From: an uncultured Lachnospiraceae bacterium
Lineage (GTDB): Bacteria > Bacillota > Clostridia > Lachnospirales > Lachnospiraceae
Reading direction: 5' to 3'
Assembly: GCA_946541955.1 (NCBI GenBank)
Contig: CAMNJZ010000001.1
Span: forward strand, 1,997-65,996
Length of the DNA stretch: 64,000 nt
Part shown: positions 1 to 7,782 of the stretch, piece by piece
How positions within the stretch are numbered: position 1 is the first letter of the stretch
Layout: the number at the start of each line of letters is the position of its first letter
Program-made: the position numbers and the translations under genes
Notes under the pieces: generated by a model
What the model was told of the DNA's origin: nothing
What the model saw: only the letters and a program-made list of their open reading frames with translations
The model's database searches: none

Positions 1-666
1 GGCTGCGGATCCCACCTCCAGAGAAGTGCCGCCTATGATCAGGGTATCAGCTCTCCCGATCAGGTCAATGGCGTTGGTATAGGCTGGCTGGGGCAGAAAC
101 TCCCCGTAAAGGGTCACATCCGGCCTGACCATCTTTCCGCATTTCCTGCAGCGGGGAACCGGCTCCGGACTCTCAAAGATATAGTCTGCGTCATAGGCCT
201 CCCTGCAGGCTGTGCAGTGACAGCGCCAGATAGTCCCATGGATCTCCTGTACGTTTTTGCTGCCCGCCTTCTGGTGGAGGCCGTCTATATTCTGGGTGAT
301 GACGCCCCTGAGACGCCCGGAGCCTTCCATGGCGGCCAGGCACAGGTGGGCCCCGTTCGGCTCTGCTGCTCTGGCGTCCAGGTTCTTTCTGTAGTAGTCA
401 AAAAAGAGGACCGGATCCTTTCTCAGGCACTCACTGCTGAGCAGATATTCCGGCTTATAGCGAAGAAAGCCTCTGGGTCTTTTTCTGTAGAGGCCGTTTT
501 TGCTGCGAAAATCCGGAATCCCGCTCTCTGTGGAAACGCCTGCTCCTCCCAGAAAGACCGTACTTTCCGATTCGAAAAGCATATCGCAGAAGGCCTCATA
601 TTTCTGATCCTCCGAAAGGGCGTTATAGTATCTGTGTCTCTCCCGGTCTGAAGCAAAGGTTCTCAT
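1..666 (-). CDS. cobB: SIR2-family NAD-dependent protein deacylase (3' end runs off the window)
   Basis: Not in the ORF track in this frame. Manual translation from ATG at 666 gives MRTFASDRERH...VFLGGAGVSTESGIPDFRSKNGLY, the sirtuin GAGxSxxSGIPDFR motif; TQNIDGLHQKAG and a CxxC...CxxC zinc ribbon follow. Confidence 0.93.
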   Translation of the reverse strand, partial: MRTFASDRERHRYYNALSEDQKYEAFCDMLFESESTVFLGGAGVSTESGIPDFRSKNGLYRKRPRGFLRYKPEYLLSSECLRKDPVLFFDYYRKNLDARAAEPNGAHLCLAAMEGSGRLRGVITQNIDGLHQKAGSKNVQEIHGTIWRCHCTACREAYDADYIFESPEPVPRCRKCGKMVRPDVTLYGEFLPQPAYTNAIDLIGRADTLIIGGTSLEVGSAA

Positions 667-750
667 GGATCGGCTTTCCTTTTGTAATAGTTCTGTCTGT
701 TTCCTGTCTTATTATATAATGTCAGGGCAGGAAAGGCACCGTAATTTTCC

Positions 751-778
751 TTGACGGACAGAAAGAATCCTTTATAAT
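751..778 (+). promoter_or_regulatory. sigma-A-type promoter for yitT
   Basis: TTGACG (751-756), 16 bp, TATAAT (773-778). Confidence 0.65.
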
Positions 779-929
779 TAAATTAACAGATTTGCTGTTT
801 TGTACGCTTTTACCAAAGATTACGGGTCTGGCGGCAGGGAATCAGCAGGGAAAAGATTCCACAGGTGATGATTAAACGGATGCTTCCTCAGGGACGTGTC
901 CGTTTTTAGTTTTTATGGAGGTGTTGACA

Positions 930-1877
930 ATGATAAACAAAACAATCAAGGGACAGGCAGGCCATACCAGGGCAGAGATCGGCAGCAGATATGAAAGACG
1001 AAGAGATTATCTCTGCGTTCTGGCAGGCACCTTCCTGATGGCTGCGGCTGCCAATTTCTGTTTTACGCCTGCCAAGATGGTGCCGGGCGGTTTTACTGGT
1101 CTGGCCATCATCATAAAATATGCATCGGGCCCCTTTATGCCTGCCTGGGTGCCTGAAAAATTCTCGGAAGGCCTCCCCACCTGGCTTTCCAATATTCTTC
1201 TCAATATCCCCCTGATTCTGGCTGCGATCCGGATCCGGGGCTGGCTTTTCATGCGGCGTACCTTTACGGCCTCGGTGATCTTCTCTCTCTGGCTTATGAT
1301 TCTCCCGGAATATGCCGTCATGGGGGAGGATCTCTTTCTGACCACGGTGGCCGGAGGCGCTGTCATGGGAGCCGGCCTGGGCCTGGTCTTTCTGGGCAAG
1401 GCTACGACTGGAGGCACAGATACCCTGGGCGCCCTGCTGCAGAGAGCCTTTCCCCACATGAGCACCGCCAGGCTTATGCAGCTTCTGGATGCAGGCGTCA
1501 TCCTTTTGTCTGTATGGATCTTCGGGACATCCATTTCCACCTATGCCGTGATTTCCGTCATCCTGACCAGCCGCGTTGCAGACGGTATGACCACCGGCTT
1601 TCGCAACGCCTTCTCCGCCTTTATCATTTCAGAAAAACATGAAGAAATCGCCAGCGCGATCCTGCAGGACATGAACCGGGGCGTTACCAGGCTCAAGGGC
1701 ACCGGTATGTATACCGGAAACGACCGGCCTGTCCTTCTGGCTGCCGTATCCAAAAAACAGGCCGTTCTTTTAAGAGAGCTTGTCTCGGAGATCGATCCGG
1801 ACGCCTTCATGATCCTGACCGATGCCCAGGAAATCCGCGGAGAAGGTTTCCTTGGCTTGTCTGCGGAAGAGCTTTGA
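930..1877 (+). CDS. YitT family membrane protein (DUF161/DUF2179)
   Basis: GGFTGLAII, LLNIPL, ATTGGTD and C-terminal RGVT..GTGMYTG..IDPDAF..EIRGEGF motifs; GGAGG RBS before ATG 930. Confidence 0.9.
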   Translation: MINKTIKGQAGHTRAEIGSRYERRRDYLCVLAGTFLMAAAANFCFTPAKMVPGGFTGLAIIIKYASGPFMPAWVPEKFSEGLPTWLSNILLNIPLILAAIRIRGWLFMRRTFTASVIFSLWLMILPEYAVMGEDLFLTTVAGGAVMGAGLGLVFLGKATTGGTDTLGALLQRAFPHMSTARLMQLLDAGVILLSVWIFGTSISTYAVISVILTSRVADGMTTGFRNAFSAFIISEKHEEIASAILQDMNRGVTRLKGTGMYTGNDRPVLLAAVSKKQAVLLRELVSEIDPDAFMILTDAQEIRGEGFLGLSAEEL

Positions 1878-1982
1878 TCAGAAAAAGCATACTCCCTGGA
1901 TATGATCATAATTTAGCCGCACTAACAAGTATTGAATTAGCATTTTCATTTCTTGTCAGTACGGCTTATTTTATGATTATTC

Positions 1983-2052
1983 CGAATGAATGTTCTGGTT
2001 TAACTTGACATAGAACAAACGATCGGTTATACTATATTCGAACAAAGATTTG
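1983..2052 (+). promoter_or_regulatory. sigma-A promoter with overlapping LexA (DinR/Cheo) boxes
   Basis: TTGACA 2005-2010, 17 bp, TATACT 2028-2033. GAAT-GAAT-GTTC (1984-1995) and GAAC-AAAC-GATC (2013-2024, in the spacer) each differ by one base from GAAC-N4-GTTC. A weaker GAAC-AAAG-ATTT starts at 2040. Confidence 0.7.
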
Positions 2053-2102
2053 GAACCAGTCTATTTCACTTGTTTTTATAGATCGATCAAAGGGAGGAAA
2101 TC

Positions 2103-2441
2103 ATGAGAAAACTAAGCTTTGCGACAACGATTCAATCCCTCCGTCTCAGGAACGAATTGGAGCCTGCCGACCTGGCAGCGCTGACAGGGATCCGGGAGGA
2201 GGTCCTTTTAAAAGCCGAACAGGGGGAGCCGGTCCGCTTCAGTTCCTATCAGATCACAGAGCTGGCAGACGCTCTCTTCTGCAACAGACAGTATCTTCTG
2301 GATCTGTATGGCTGGCGGAAAGGTGATGACACCATCTGCGATTACCTGGAATTCCTGGGAAATCAGGCCATCTGGATGGAAATCGGCGACATGATCCCGG
2401 CCTGCTTTCAGACAGGCGGGACAGTCATGGCCGCCGGATAA
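2103..2441 (+). CDS. XRE-like helix-turn-helix protein
   Basis: GGGAGG RBS; N-terminal IQSLRLRNELEPADLAALTGIREEVLLKAEQGE...LADAL has the XRE HTH pattern. Confidence 0.7.
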   Translation: MRKLSFATTIQSLRLRNELEPADLAALTGIREEVLLKAEQGEPVRFSSYQITELADALFCNRQYLLDLYGWRKGDDTICDYLEFLGNQAIWMEIGDMIPACFQTGGTVMAAG

Positions 2442-2464
2442 GCTTTCGATGGGAGGGAATCTTC

Positions 2465-3196
2465 ATGTCTGTGATGTGGAACTGCTGGCATGGCTGCACC
2501 AAGCTTTCCGCCGGCTGTCAGAACTGCTACATGTACCGGCGGGATTCTCTTTATGGGAAGGATTCCAGGATCGTATCCAAGACCCGGGCCTTTCATCTTC
2601 CCATCAGCAGGAACCGGCAGGGCCAGTACAGGATCCCCGCCGGCCAGAGAGTCTATACCTGCTTTACCTCTGATTTCTTTCTGGAGGAAGCAGATGCCTG
2701 GCGGAGCGAAGCCTGGGAGATGATCAGGACCCGGTCTGATCTGGAATTCTTTCTGATCACTAAGAGGCCGGACCGCTTTTTTGTAAATCTTCCAAAGGAC
2801 TGGGGCGAAGGCTACGAAAATGTCTCCATCTCCTGCACCTGTGAGAGCCAGTATACCGCGGATTTGCGGCTTCCTGTCTTTCTGGAGCTCCCCATCCGTC
2901 ATAAAAGCATCACCCATGAGCCAATGCTCCAGAAGATCAATATCCGCAAATACCTCAGGGAATATGGAAACATCATTGAATCCGTTTCCTGCGGCGGCGA
3001 ATCCGGTCCCGGCGCCAGGCCCTGTGATTATGCCTGGGTCATGGACACCATGCTCCAATGTGTGGAGTTTAATGTCAGTTTTTATTTTCATCAGACCGGC
3101 GCCAATTTCATCAAAGGGGGCAGGGCTTATACCATTGAGCGGAAATATCAGCACCAGCAGGCAGAAAAGGCAGGCATCAACTATTGCGCAAGGTAA
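2465..3196 (+). CDS. DUF5131 family (phage Gp37/Gp68-like) radical-SAM-like Fe-S protein
   Basis: WNCWHGCTKLSAGCQNCYMY (CX6CX2C), CFTSDFF, LITKRP, EPML, GGESG and FHQTG motifs. Confidence 0.88.
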   Translation: MSVMWNCWHGCTKLSAGCQNCYMYRRDSLYGKDSRIVSKTRAFHLPISRNRQGQYRIPAGQRVYTCFTSDFFLEEADAWRSEAWEMIRTRSDLEFFLITKRPDRFFVNLPKDWGEGYENVSISCTCESQYTADLRLPVFLELPIRHKSITHEPMLQKINIRKYLREYGNIIESVSCGGESGPGARPCDYAWVMDTMLQCVEFNVSFYFHQTGANFIKGGRAYTIERKYQHQQAEKAGINYCAR

Positions 3197-3232
3197 TGGT
3201 TGATGTCTGCCTTCTGTTCTGCCTGCTGTGCT
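3150..3232. terminator. long imperfect inverted repeat at the convergent DUF5131/queF junction
   Basis: Arms of about 36 bp at 3150-3185 and 3195-3232; the substitutions read as G-U wobbles on the + transcript. Confidence 0.6.
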
Positions 3233-3236
3233 TTGA

Positions 3237-3719
3237 TCAGCGGTTGTCCACGTTTTCCGGATTCATGTCATGCCAGGCCAGACGATTCTCGGCGATCTTC
3301 TCCCACTTTGTTCCCTTTCTGCCATAGTTGCAGTAGGGATCGATGGAGATGCCGCCTCTGGGCAGAAATCTGCCCCGGACTTCGATATACTTGGGATCCA
3401 TCAGGGCGATCAGGTCCTTCATGATCTTGTTGACGCAGTCCTCATGAAAATCCCCGTGGTTGCGGTAGGAGAAAAGATAGAGTTTCAGGCTCTTGCTCTC
3501 CACCATACGGACGTCGGGTACATAGGAAATAATAATATTGGCGAAATCCGGCTGTCCAGTAATGGGACAGAGGGAAGTGAATTCCGGACAGTTGAACTTG
3601 ACCCAGTAATCATTGTCAGGATGCTTGTTTTCGAAGGTCTCCAAAAGACTCGGATCATATTCTGCGCTGTATCTGACATTCTGGCTGCCCAGCAGGGTAA
3701 GGCCCTCTTTTTCTCTCAT
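3237..3719 (-). CDS. queF: NADPH-dependent preQ0 reductase (unimodular QueF)
   Basis: [41 protein letters not shown]. Confidence 0.97.
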   Translation of the reverse strand: MREKEGLTLLGSQNVRYSAEYDPSLLETFENKHPDNDYWVKFNCPEFTSLCPITGQPDFANIIISYVPDVRMVESKSLKLYLFSYRNHGDFHEDCVNKIMKDLIALMDPKYIEVRGRFLPRGGISIDPYCNYGRKGTKWEKIAENRLAWHDMNPENVDNR

Positions 3720-3733
3720 GTGATTCTCCTTTT

Positions 3734-4429
3734 TTATCTTTTTCTGATTTTTATGGCCGGATCCTCCAGACCGTTTGCGGCAAAAGCCTTGGCCCTGTCA
3801 ATACAGGTCCCGCATTTTCCGCAGGGAACATCGCCGCCTTCATAGCAGGACCAGGTCAGCTCATAAGGAACGCCCAGGTCCATTCCCAGCTTTACGATCT
3901 CGCCCTTATTCATATTGACAAAGGGCGCTTCGATCCGGAGCTGATGACCGGATCCCTCCCATACAGCCTGGTTCATGGCCTTGTTGAAGATCGGAGAACA
4001 GTCAGGGTAGGCGGCGCCTGCGGCGTCATCGGCATGGGCGCCGTAATAGATCACCCCGCAGTCCCTGCTCAGAGCAATGCTGGCTGCAGAGGAAATGAAG
4101 AGCCCGTTCCGGAAGGGCACATAGGTGCTGACGGGTTTGTTTCCTTCTGTTTCATCGATCTGCCGGGCGTAGCTTTTTTCAGGGATCGCTTCTGTGGACT
4201 GTTTTAAAAGGGAGCTGTTGCTGTAGCTGAAGATAGGGGTCAGATCCAGGAACATCTGCTCCACCTGATAATACTCAGCGACTGCCTTCGCTGCCTGAAT
4301 CTCTTTATCGTGCTTCTGTCCATAGGAAACGGACAGAGCGATCACATTTTCCTTACGGTATTTGGCCACCGCCAGGGCCAGGGCTGTCGTGGAGTCCAGA
4401 CCGCCGCTGCTGAGTACAAGTGCTTTCAT
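3734..4429 (-). CDS. queC: 7-cyano-7-deazaguanine synthase
   Basis: SGGLDS PP-loop, [23 protein letters not shown]. Confidence 0.97.
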   Translation of the reverse strand: MKALVLSSGGLDSTTALALAVAKYRKENVIALSVSYGQKHDKEIQAAKAVAEYYQVEQMFLDLTPIFSYSNSSLLKQSTEAIPEKSYARQIDETEGNKPVSTYVPFRNGLFISSAASIALSRDCGVIYYGAHADDAAGAAYPDCSPIFNKAMNQAVWEGSGHQLRIEAPFVNMNKGEIVKLGMDLGVPYELTWSCYEGGDVPCGKCGTCIDRAKAFAANGLEDPAIKIRKR

Positions 4430-4452
4430 AGTATTCCTTTCCGCTTGCTATT

Positions 4453-5031
4453 TTATTTCAGATAAAACAGGAGGCCGGGGTCGGTCCGAAAACGCCCCCG
4501 CAGCTCCGTTGTATAGGTCTTGGTATTGGTCTTTTTGATGCCCCGGGCCGTTACACAGCTGTGGCAGGCTTCGATGGCCACCGCCACGTCCTCGCTTCCG
4601 GTGACCATGGTCATGATATCTGCGATATCCCTGCCGATCTTTTCCTGAAGCTGGAGCCTTCTGCCGACCATGTCGCAGATACGGGCGATCTTGGAGAGGC
4701 CTATGACCTTCCCACCGGGAATATAGGCCACCGTCGCCTTCATGTCATACATGAGGGCCATATGATGCTCACAGTAGGAAAACATGTCAATGTCCTTCAT
4801 GACAACCACCCGGCCAGGCGCCTCTTCGACAGGGCTTTCCAGCCCGTCTTCAAAGGTCTTCCCGAACATACTGGCAATGTCCTCGTTGCTGTAATTCATA
4901 CCGGCAAAGACTTCCGTATACATCTGGGCCACTCTTTTCGGCGTATTCCTGAGGCCTTCCCGGTCCGGATCGTCTCCCAGGGCTTCCAGGATTCCCCGGA
5001 TATGCTCTTCTATTGCCTTTTCATTAATCAT
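4453..5031 (-). CDS. folE: GTP cyclohydrolase I
   Basis: [40 protein letters not shown]. Confidence 0.96.
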   Translation of the reverse strand: MINEKAIEEHIRGILEALGDDPDREGLRNTPKRVAQMYTEVFAGMNYSNEDIASMFGKTFEDGLESPVEEAPGRVVVMKDIDMFSYCEHHMALMYDMKATVAYIPGGKVIGLSKIARICDMVGRRLQLQEKIGRDIADIMTMVTGSEDVAVAIEACHSCVTARGIKKTNTKTYTTELRGRFRTDPGLLFYLK

Positions 5032-5087
5032 TTCTGTTCCCTTCTTCCAACAGGAGCCCAGGTCCTCCAGGACTTGTACGGCTTCCT

Positions 5088-5747
5088 TTAAACGCCTCTC
5101 TGATCAGGATCCCAGATCACCTTGTGGATCTGGATCTGAAGCCTTGCTTCATTCATCCTTTTGGAGATCATGAAATCCACGATGCAGGAAGGCTCTATTT
5201 TCCCGAATACAGGGCTGAAGTAAACGTGGCATTTCTCCAGCAGATGATACTTCTCTATGATCTCTCCCGCTCTTTCCAGATCCTCCGGGGAGCCTGCAAC
5301 AAACTTGACGGTGTCCTCTTTCTGCAAAAGGGAGAAATTATCCGAAAGCATACAATGTTCAAAGCCGCTGGAAGGAAGCTTATAGTCCAGCGTAAAGACA
5401 GGCCGGCGGGCCCTGTCCCGGGTGAATGGACCAAGATTCACTGCGCCGTTGGTTTCGATTTCCACTCGGTTTCCCCCATCCAGGAGCATCCCGATCAAAG
5501 TGCCTGCTTCCTTCTGGAGCAGGGGTTCACCGCCCGTCAGGGTCACATTGGTAACGCCCGTCTCTTCTATATAGGTCCGGATCTGGTCCGGCGTCATTTC
5601 TTCATAGGGGCATCCCGGTTCATTGGCCCACATGGTATCGCAGTAGCTGCATCTGAGATTGCAGCCTGTAAAACGGATAAAAACCGCCAGCTCTCCGGCT
5701 CTGGTCCCCTCCCCGTTGATGCTGATGAATTTTTCTGCAACTTTCAT
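5088..5747 (-). CDS. queE: 7-carboxy-7-deazaguanine synthase (radical SAM)
   Basis: [29 protein letters not shown]; lies in the que operon. Confidence 0.95.
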   Translation of the reverse strand: MKVAEKFISINGEGTRAGELAVFIRFTGCNLRCSYCDTMWANEPGCPYEEMTPDQIRTYIEETGVTNVTLTGGEPLLQKEAGTLIGMLLDGGNRVEIETNGAVNLGPFTRDRARRPVFTLDYKLPSSGFEHCMLSDNFSLLQKEDTVKFVAGSPEDLERAGEIIEKYHLLEKCHVYFSPVFGKIEPSCIVDFMISKRMNEARLQIQIHKVIWDPDQRGV

Positions 5748-5758
5748 AGCGTATTTCC

Positions 5759-6181
5759 TCAGTCTCCCTGGTAGACGGCGCAGTTGGAAGGGGTTTCATA
5801 GACCTCGACTCTGGAGACCGGAAAGCCCTTGGACGCAATCTCATCAAAAAAGTATCTTGCAAAGTTCTCCGCCGTGGGCCGGAAGGGAACCTCGACCATG
5901 CGGAAATCCTCCTCCTGGAGGGCCTCCAGGGTCTTTGCTCTCAGGGAACCCCTTTCATAAATCAGGCAGTGATCCAGATAATCGCACAAATCTTTCAGGA
6001 CTTTCTTGATCTCTCCAAAATCCAGGACCATTCCCTCAGTCTGGGGATCCTCCCGCAGCGTCTGGCTCTGCAGCTCACAGCATACTCTCCAGCGGTGTCC
6101 GTGCAGGTTGCTGCATTTTCCCTGGTAGCCCTTTAAAAAATGTGCTGCATCAAAGCTGCTCTCTGATCTGATCAGGTACAT
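5759..6181 (-). CDS. queD: 6-carboxy-5,6,7,8-tetrahydropterin synthase
   Basis: FDAAH, CSNLHGH, DFG, LDH, PTAEN, VYET; start moved to ATG 6181 after the GAAGGGG RBS. Confidence 0.95.
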   Translation of the reverse strand: MYLIRSESSFDAAHFLKGYQGKCSNLHGHRWRVCCELQSQTLREDPQTEGMVLDFGEIKKVLKDLCDYLDHCLIYERGSLRAKTLEALQEEDFRMVEVPFRPTAENFARYFFDEIASKGFPVSRVEVYETPSNCAVYQGD

Positions 6182-6209
6182 ATCCCCTTCTCCTTCTTCT
6201 TTTTGGAAT

Positions 6210-6242
6210 AAAAAAAGCTCCCCGGTATTGTACCGGGGAGCT
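6210..6242 (-). terminator. intrinsic terminator in the que leader (riboswitch expression platform)
   Basis: 12-bp stem AGCTCCCCGGTA/TACCGGGGAGCT followed by a U7 run on the minus strand, just before the queD RBS. Confidence 0.88.
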
Positions 6243-6313
6243 GATGGTGGCTTTGTATAAACAAATCTTTGGCGGGCTGACAGAAAATCTGACATCCCGT
6301 ATTTCTCAGCAGT

Positions 6314-6355
6314 CCTGGTTTTGTTTAACGACAGGATGGTACAAACGAACTGTCG
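6314..6355 (-). ncRNA. preQ1-I-like riboswitch aptamer
   Basis: Minus strand CGACAG-UUCGUUUGUACCAUC-CUGUCG-UUAAACAAAACCAGG: P1 stem, UUCG...ACCAUC loop and A-rich tail, upstream of the que operon. Confidence 0.75.
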
Positions 6356-6372
6356 GCGCTTTGCGCTTAATC

Positions 6373-6400
6373 AGTATACCATGCCCTGCTCATCCGTCAA
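6373..6400 (-). promoter_or_regulatory. sigma-A promoter of the que operon
   Basis: Minus strand TTGACG, 16 bp, extended TGnTATACT. Confidence 0.7.
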
Positions 6401-6421
6401 GGCCCGGACTCCTGTTTTGTT

Positions 6422-6509
6422 TAATGTACAGTAATGTACAGTAATGATTAAAAAGCTTTGCTGTAATAAGCTTTGCTTGTAATAAGCATTGCTGTAATAA
6501 GCTTTGCTT
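6422..6509. repeat. tandem repeats: TAATGTACAG x2.5, then AAGCTTTGCTGTAAT-like x4
   Basis: Units of the second repeat read directly at 6453, 6468, 6484 and 6499. Confidence 0.9.
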
Positions 6510-6511
6510 AT

Positions 6512-7768
6512 TTATTCACGGCGCAGTGCTTCGATCGGGTTCAGGTTGGCCGCCTGCATAGAAGGCAGAAGACCGAAAATAATACCGATCAGCATGGAAA
6601 AGGCCACGCCCAGGATGATGGTCGGGATGCTGATAAAGACCGGGGCCCCGCTCATGTGGGAAATGACCTGGGCCAGGATAATACCTGCTGCAACGCCCAT
6701 GATTCCGCCGATACTGGTCAGAACGGCCGACTCTGTCAAAAACTGCAGAAGAATGTTGGACTTTTTGGCGCCCAGGGCCTTTTTCAGGCCGATTTCACTG
6801 GTACGTTCCGTTACGGAGACCAACATGATGTTCATAACGCCGATACCGCCTACCAGAAGGGCAATGCTGGCGACCCAGATCAGCAGGCTGTTGGTGCTGG
6901 CGTTGAGCTCCTGCTGTCTTCTGGCTGTTTCCAGTACGTCCTCCGCCTTATAGGAGATGGCGCTCTTGTCTGTAGCATCCTGGACCAGGGTATTCAGGAT
7001 ATCCGCCGCGGCTGTGCCCGCCTTGCTCATATCCTCTGTCGAAGTCGTCCGGATCACACAGTTCTGAGGCTCGTCATAGTCGTAAAGGATGGGCCAGCAG
7101 GCGTCCGGTATGATCACAGTCCCGCTTTCAGACTGATTGTAGGTCATATAGTCCTGGATGGACTCAATGACCGGCTGGAAAGCCTCCGACTTGCGGTAGA
7201 GTCCGACAACGGTAAAGGGCTCGTTTCGGATCTCAATGGTCCCTCCAATGGGATCCATCCCGGGAAAAAGGGCCGTAGCAGCTGACTCATCCAGAACCGC
7301 CGTCTTTCGGAATTCCTTATAGTCGCGGCCCACAAAGCCTCTTCCCTTGTAGATCACATAGCCGTTGGTGGCCAGGTAGGAGGCGTCTGCTCCGATCACA
7401 CGCCCGCCCCGGAGTGTATGGGTTCCGCTTCGAACGCCATCTACCCACTGACGATAGTTGAAGAAGGATGCCTTTTCCACATGATCAATGGCAAGGATCT
7501 TCTCTCTGACCTCGTCTGTAATGGGATATACGCCGTCCGGCTTGCCCATTTCCATGTTGTAGGAATCATCTCCCTGCCAGAGGGATACACTGACACAGTT
7601 GTTGCCGGCGCCTACCAGGTTATCCATGATCTGCCGGTTGGTTCCCTGAATGGTGGACACGATGGCAATAATGGATGCGATTCCGATAATGACGCCCAGC
7701 ATGGTCAGGAAAGAGCGCATCTTGTGTGCCCAGATTCCCTGAATGGCAAATCTGAAATTTTCACCCAT
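6512..7768 (-). CDS. MacB/FtsX-like ABC transporter permease
   Basis: KMRSFLTMLGVIIGI, GGIGVMNIMLVSVTERTSEIGLKKALGA, LNPIEALR. Confidence 0.95.
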   Translation of the reverse strand: MGENFRFAIQGIWAHKMRSFLTMLGVIIGIASIIAIVSTIQGTNRQIMDNLVGAGNNCVSVSLWQGDDSYNMEMGKPDGVYPITDEVREKILAIDHVEKASFFNYRQWVDGVRSGTHTLRGGRVIGADASYLATNGYVIYKGRGFVGRDYKEFRKTAVLDESAATALFPGMDPIGGTIEIRNEPFTVVGLYRKSEAFQPVIESIQDYMTYNQSESGTVIIPDACWPILYDYDEPQNCVIRTTSTEDMSKAGTAAADILNTLVQDATDKSAISYKAEDVLETARRQQELNASTNSLLIWVASIALLVGGIGVMNIMLVSVTERTSEIGLKKALGAKKSNILLQFLTESAVLTSIGGIMGVAAGIILAQVISHMSGAPVFISIPTIILGVAFSMLIGIIFGLLPSMQAANLNPIEALRRE

Positions 7769-7782
7769 GTCTCTCTCCTTTC

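Noticed and set aside
217-656. ORF-track calls 217-651(+) and 423-656(-)
   Set aside because: Wrong strand or frame; the real gene is the sirtuin starting at 666 on the minus strand.
2465-6181. que genes + DUF5131 as a 7-deazaguanine DNA-modification (dpd-like) system
   Set aside because: No dpdA/tgt-like gene; queF and a preQ1-like riboswitch point to tRNA queuosine supply; DUF5131 is convergent and separately regulated.
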